Origin: Methanobacteriota archaeon | GTDB taxonomy: Archaea; Thermoplasmatota; Poseidoniia; Poseidoniales; Thalassarchaeaceae | DNA length: 48,460 bases | Reading direction: 5' to 3' | Assembly: GCA_002726275.1 (NCBI GenBank) | Contig: PBSO01000008.1 | Coordinates: forward strand, 20,673 to 69,132 | Shown: piece by piece, positions 44,575 to 48,460 of the stretch | Position numbering within the stretch: position 1 is the first letter of the stretch | Layout: each line of letters begins with the position of its first letter | Made by a program: the position numbers and the translations under genes | The notes under the pieces: model-generated | Told to the model about the DNA's origin: nothing | The model's input: the letters and a program-made list of their open reading frames with translations, nothing else | Database searches by the model: none

Positions 44575-46007
44575 GAAACCGTTTCAGGTTGGGTAAGGTA
44601 TGCTAGAAGTCCAAATCCTGCGAACATCATCATCCAAGCCCCAGTCGCCTTGACGACCCCTGTCGACCTCCTCAGGAAGTCTAGCATCGCCTGCCTCCCC
44701 ATGCCGACTAGGGCGGTTACTGTGATCATCAGTATGGTGGCAGAGAGGACTAGCCCCAGCATCCCCGAGAGGAAGGCGCCGTTGCCGACCACTGTAAGCC
44801 ATGCTACGAAGGGGAAGACGGCCGCTGCAGTGCAGTCCACTGATGCGGCACTGTATCCGATGCCCCAGAGGAACATGTTCCTCCTGGGGGTGAACCTCTC
44901 GTCTGTCTCATCGGTCTGGTACTTGTCCAGAGCTCCCTGCACCCATGTCAGGAGGTGGGACGTCCATCCCAGAAGCATCAGCCCTCCGAGGATGATGAGA
45001 AGCCAGGCTATGGCAACAGCGATGTCGTGCAGTGCTCCAGAGAGGTCTATTATCCCGTCCAGTCCGAAGATTATCCCTCCCACGGCCCCGAAGAAGGTCA
45101 GCTGACCCAGGGCCGCGAAAACACCCACCTCGATTGGCTTGGGCATGCTACCTGAAATCTTCCCGGCCTCCAAGAGCTCGTCCTGCCTCATTCCGAGGTT
45201 CAGGTAGTAGGTGATGTATGAGGGGAGGACGGGGAAGGCGCAGGGTGAGAAGTAGACCAGGATCCCTAGGAATAGGCCTATCATGAAGACTCCCGCCATC
45301 GAGTTATCGGGCTTCTCAATGCCGAACCTGAGTGAATCCGCATTGCCGTCGTTAGCCATCTCGATGGCGGAGTCGAATGAGGACCAGCCATCGAGTGGCG
45401 TCCCAGTGCTCTCCTTGGCGACAGCATACCCCTCGTGGTCAATAACCAGGACAAGTGGGATTGCCTGCGCGAAGTAGTGCTCCACGATGTCTCCTCTAGT
45501 CCCGTCCTCGAGGATCACGGACTCAGGCCCCCCGTTCGCAACCGGCCATCCCATGTGCTTGTCAGAATCGGGGTCCCCGAAGGTCGAGTTGATCCTGCTG
45601 AAGTCCTCGTACGCGTACCATGTGGCCACGGAGAGGGCGATCACAGGGTACTCGCCCCCGAGCCCCTCCCACTCTCCGAGGTTCTGGTCAATGTGCTCCT
45701 GGACGTAGTGGCAGTTGGCGCAATCCACTGCCATGAAGTCTAGGACGACCACGCTACCTCGCAGGTCACTAAGACGAATCACCCCGGAATCGTCAGCTAT
45801 GGAGTCGTCAATCCCTGTCCTGTTCATCGAATCAACCTCGAAGTCAGGAACCACCACGACCTCGTCACTTACGCCATATGCGGACGATGATAGCCCGAAT
45901 AGGCTGAGTGACGAGTATCCTATGATGCAGAACAGGACAACGCCCACTCCGAACCCCTTCCAGGTGTCCCTCTCTCTGAGGACTCCGAAGTCCAGCCTCG
46001 CATTCAC
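44559..46007 (-). CDS. Thioredoxin-like (TlpA/ResA-type) domain fused to a CcdA/DsbD-type thiol-disulfide transporter
   Basis: N-terminal TM, then VVLDFMAVDCANCHYVQEHI (CxxC in a redoxin context), then a polytopic domain with VYFSPCAFPVLPSYITYY (the CcdA PC...P motif). Confidence 0.8.
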   Translation of the reverse strand: MNARLDFGVLRERDTWKGFGVGVVLFCIIGYSSLSLFGLSSSAYGVSDEVVVVPDFEVDSMNRTGIDDSIADDSGVIRLSDLRGSVVVLDFMAVDCANCHYVQEHIDQNLGEWEGLGGEYPVIALSVATWYAYEDFSRINSTFGDPDSDKHMGWPVANGGPESVILEDGTRGDIVEHYFAQAIPLVLVIDHEGYAVAKESTGTPLDGWSSFDSAIEMANDGNADSLRFGIEKPDNSMAGVFMIGLFLGILVYFSPCAFPVLPSYITYYLNLGMRQDELLEAGKISGSMPKPIEVGVFAALGQLTFFGAVGGIIFGLDGIIDLSGALHDIAVAIAWLLIILGGLMLLGWTSHLLTWVQGALDKYQTDETDERFTPRRNMFLWGIGYSAASVDCTAAAVFPFVAWLTVVGNGAFLSGMLGLVLSATILMITVTALVGMGRQAMLDFLRRSTGVVKATGAWMMMFAGFGLLAYLTQPETVSWVLG

Positions 46008-46104
46008 ATGTGCCCGAATCGGGCCGGACTTTTGATTCCGGCGGGAGATGGTGACCTAGGTGCGTCATCATACTTATCGTGAGAACTCGGCCCGCTTTGA
46101 AGCG

Positions 46105-46180
46105 GGGCTCGTGGTCTAGGGGTTATGACGTCGCCTTCACATGGCGAAGATCGCAGGTTCAATTCCTGCCGAGCCCACCA
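46105..46180 (+). tRNA. tRNA-Val (anticodon CAC) with genomically encoded CCA
   Basis: Folded by hand. Acceptor GGGCTCG/CGAGCCC. D arm GTCT-AGGGGTTA-TGAC. Anticodon arm TCGCC-TTCACAT-GGCGA. Variable AGATC. T arm GCAGG-TTCAATT-CCTGC. Discriminator A, then CCA. Confidence 0.9.
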
Positions 46181-46181
46181 A

Positions 46182-46883
46182 TCATTCCAGAATGTCATCC
46201 AAGAGCGATGATGCGCCTATCCTGAGCCGACTGGGGCCGGAGATTTCCCCGTACTGCCCATTCACAATCCCGAGTAGGCGAACTACGTCGTCCATGACCC
46301 GAATTCCTCCTGAGAGCTTCACGCCTCTTTCTTCACCCATGGCAATAGAGTGCCTCTTGACCTCGAAAGACAGGAGACGGGCGTCCTCGTCACTACACGA
46401 ACCCCTCTTTCCCGTACAGCTCTTTACGAAGTCAGCACCTGCTGCCAGGGCCATTCGCGTAACAGCTCGAATGTCGTGCTCGCTGAGCAGGGGCGTCTCT
46501 ATGATGACCTTGAGTTTACAACCGGTAGAACCCTCTCTCATCGAGGTGAGCAGGGAGAGCTCATGCGCGCCCGGGAAGTCAGGCGAGTCCCTTGGCTCCA
46601 GGACGCAGTCTACCTCGTCTGCACCTGAACTCACTGCATTTTCCACAGCTTCGAGGACTGATGCAGCGTCCTGCCAGCCCACGGGAAATCCGCCTGCCAC
46701 CGCCGCCACCGATATCTCATCCTCGAGCCTCTCTCTGACGAATGCAACATGCTCGGAGAAAACGCATACTGCCGCAGGTCTGTGGAGGTTAGCCTTCTTG
46801 CACAGCTCGTCCAAGTCCGACTCCGATGCATCGTGGTCTAGGAGCGTGAGGTCCAGGATGTCTAGAACACCCCTCGCGTCCAT
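46182..46883 (-). CDS. deoC: Deoxyribose-phosphate aldolase
   Basis: 233 aa. VAAVAGGFPVG, Schiff-base Lys context GADFVKSCTGK, KLSGGIR. Confidence 0.85.
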   Translation of the reverse strand: MDARGVLDILDLTLLDHDASESDLDELCKKANLHRPAAVCVFSEHVAFVRERLEDEISVAAVAGGFPVGWQDAASVLEAVENAVSSGADEVDCVLEPRDSPDFPGAHELSLLTSMREGSTGCKLKVIIETPLLSEHDIRAVTRMALAAGADFVKSCTGKRGSCSDEDARLLSFEVKRHSIAMGEERGVKLSGGIRVMDDVVRLLGIVNGQYGEISGPSRLRIGASSLLDDILE

Positions 46884-46887
46884 GCTA

Positions 46888-47982
46888 TCACTGCCCGTGC
46901 CTCGACTCGAATCCCTTCATGAAGGAAACCAACTCCTCTACACTCTCAATCGGACAACCGTTGTACATGCTAGCCCGGATTCCTCCGACACTCCTGTGCC
47001 CCTTCAGGCCACCGAGGCCAGCCGCAGCCGACTCATCCAGGAACACAGGCTCCAGACTCTCATCGGCAAGTCTCCATGTCACGTTCATCAATGATCTGGA
47101 ACCACTATCTGCATGAGGGACCCAGAAGGCGGTCCTGTCCAGCTCTCGGTAGAGGAGCGAGGCCTTTGCCCTGTTCCGCTCTATGGCGCCCTCTATCCCC
47201 CCATTCCTCTCGACCCAAGCCATGACTCTGTCAAGAACGAAAATTCCGAATGTGTTGGGCGTGTTGAACATCGAACCCTTGGATACGTGCGTCTTGTAGT
47301 CCAGCATGGTCGGCAGCCCCTCCCCTATTCGGGACATGGCCCATGGGGAGAGGATGACCAGGGTCACGCCGCTCGGCCCGAGGTTCTTCTGTGCGCCCGC
47401 ATAAACCAAGTCGTGGGAGGGGATATCAAGGGAGGTCCCACAGATGTCAGAGCTCGCATCTACAACCAGGGGCTTTCCCTCGCTGTCAGGAAGGTGGTGG
47501 AACTGAGTGCCGAAGAGCGTGTTGTTGGAGGTGTAGTGCAGGTAGTCAGCATCAGATCTGATGTTGTAGTCTCCGTTGTCTGGGACCGACTTGAAGCCTT
47601 CTGCTGAGCCATCCCACGCCACTTTCGCGTCACCAATCCTCCCTGCCTCCTTGACGGCCTTCTGGGACCATCCTCCAGTAACGAGGAAGTCAGCCTTGCC
47701 TCCATCTCCGAGAATGTTCAGAGCGGTCATGTAGAATTGGGTGGAAGCGCCTCCCTGGAGGAACAGGACGTGATAGTCATCGGGTACCGAAAGGACCCTC
47801 CTAACCCGCTCCTCGGCCGAATCAATCACGTTCTGGAATACATCGCTCCTGTGCGATACCTCCAACAACCCGAAACCGCTTCCCATTAGGTCGGGTAGCG
47901 CCTCTGCCACCTCATTGACCACCTCCAAGGGCAGTACTGCAGGCCCCGCACCGAAATTGTGCACCCGGCCCGCTCCGGTCAT
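46888..47982 (-). CDS. serC: Phosphoserine aminotransferase
   Basis: ORF 46888..48000. ATG 47982 gives MTGAGRVHNFGAGPAVLP (typical N-terminus). PLP-Lys in YAGAQKNLGPSGVTLVI. 4-nt spacer to deoC. Confidence 0.9.
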   Translation of the reverse strand: MTGAGRVHNFGAGPAVLPLEVVNEVAEALPDLMGSGFGLLEVSHRSDVFQNVIDSAEERVRRVLSVPDDYHVLFLQGGASTQFYMTALNILGDGGKADFLVTGGWSQKAVKEAGRIGDAKVAWDGSAEGFKSVPDNGDYNIRSDADYLHYTSNNTLFGTQFHHLPDSEGKPLVVDASSDICGTSLDIPSHDLVYAGAQKNLGPSGVTLVILSPWAMSRIGEGLPTMLDYKTHVSKGSMFNTPNTFGIFVLDRVMAWVERNGGIEGAIERNRAKASLLYRELDRTAFWVPHADSGSRSLMNVTWRLADESLEPVFLDESAAAGLGGLKGHRSVGGIRASMYNGCPIESVEELVSFMKGFESRHGQ

Positions 47983-48062
47983 GCCTAGACGTACAATCAC
48001 CGGTCTTTCAGCCCATCGGAAGACACGATAGGGTTCATCTCCACTAGTCGAGACGCTAGGGC

Positions 48063-48460
48063 GTGCTACGTATCGGTCTAGTCATGCTGCAGGGAGCCCG
48101 TCATGCGCATATGGCAGCACTTGAGGCGGCATCTGAGTATTCTGGCATTCAGATAGATGTCCACGAGATAAGGAAACTAACTGAACTGCAATCATGCGAT
48201 CCGCATGCATTAGTACTTCCTGGGGGGGAATCGACCACAATGAGACTTACAGGTCTCGACCAGTCATCCAGCCTCCTGCCGGGGCTGTTCCACTGGATTA
48301 GGGACAATCCATCACGACCGGTCCTTGGGACCTGTGCCGGGGCAATACTTCTCACGGACCCTCAGGACGGGGGCGCCCCCCTCGTCGATGCCATGATTGA
48401 TCGTAATGCCTATGGAAGGCAATCAGACTCATTCCAGGACGTTGTCTTCTCACCACTCCT
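48063..48460 (+). CDS. pdxT: Pyridoxal 5'-phosphate synthase glutaminase subunit PdxT; 3' end beyond the window
   Basis: Not in the ORF track because it has no stop in the window. GTG 48063 gives (M)LRIGLVMLQGARHAHMAAL...LVLPGGESTTM...GTCAGAILL...IDRNAYGRQSDSF, which are class I glutamine amidotransferase PdxT motifs. Confidence 0.85.
   Translation, partial: MLRIGLVMLQGARHAHMAALEAASEYSGIQIDVHEIRKLTELQSCDPHALVLPGGESTTMRLTGLDQSSSLLPGLFHWIRDNPSRPVLGTCAGAILLTDPQDGGAPLVDAMIDRNAYGRQSDSFQDVVFSPL

Noticed and set aside
44559-46007. The CANCH sequence in the Trx-CcdA fusion as a CXXCH heme c attachment site
   Set aside because: The context (VVLDFMAVDCANCH) is the standard position of the redox-active CxxC of a TlpA/ResA-type thioredoxin fold. 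The following His is most simply coincidental.
46141-47094. 317-aa plus-strand ORF overlapping the tRNA, deoC and serC
   Set aside because: It is antisense to two enzymes with clear catalytic motifs and starts inside the tRNA. Its Ser/Pro/Thr/Arg-rich translation has no recognisable motif. This looks like a typical shadow ORF.
1-48460. Search for CRISPR arrays, IS elements, integrases, toxin-antitoxin pairs or known defence genes
   Set aside because: There are no regularly spaced direct repeats in non-coding DNA, and every spacer is under about 120 nt. I found no transposase, integrase or nuclease signatures among the ORFs. The only repeats are intragenic coding repeats.

Overview
Compact archaeal chromosomal segment with about 38 protein genes and one tRNA. 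The longest intergenic spacers are about 110-120 nt. I saw no rRNA, CRISPR array, transposase, integrase, prophage or recognisable defence genes.

Archaeal information-processing markers are present: ribosomal protein eL40, NMD3, exosome cap Csl4, membrane LonB, archaeal-type AspRS, TrmI and UPF0147. They sit beside bacterial-type metabolism (KAS III, SDR, LLM monooxygenase, two ALDHs, Ccm/CcdA) and very large acidic surface proteins. This mix suggests an uncultured planktonic euryarchaeote (Marine Group II/Poseidoniales-like), but that placement is inference from gene content only.

Three genes are absent from the ORF track. Two run off the window: an S8 protease (1..3293, minus) and pdxT (48063..48460, plus). 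The third is the 53-aa eL40 gene (36364..36525, minus).

Most notable observations:
1. One ORF fuses a complete Csl4 to an RGG box, a second zinc ribbon and a canonical RRM. It lies between an RNA methylase and a YgiQ-like radical SAM gene.
2. A 1761-aa type-I surface protein is built from domains best known in eukaryotes: RCC1 repeats, ephrin-receptor-like cysteine repeats and TSP3-like calcium repeats.
3. A second surface protein carries a WCGPC thioredoxin domain, and the window also encodes a thioredoxin-CcdA fusion. Together these suggest an extracytoplasmic thiol-redox network.
4. The Ccm module is truncated or unusual: a ccmA-ccmB-like fusion, ccmC and a tiny ccmD-like ORF.
5. A tightly packed six-gene minus-strand cassette (KAS III, ALDH, asparaginase-II-like, LLM monooxygenase, atypical SDR, short formyltransferase) has no pathway I can name.

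All family assignments come from motifs read by eye. No searches were run.
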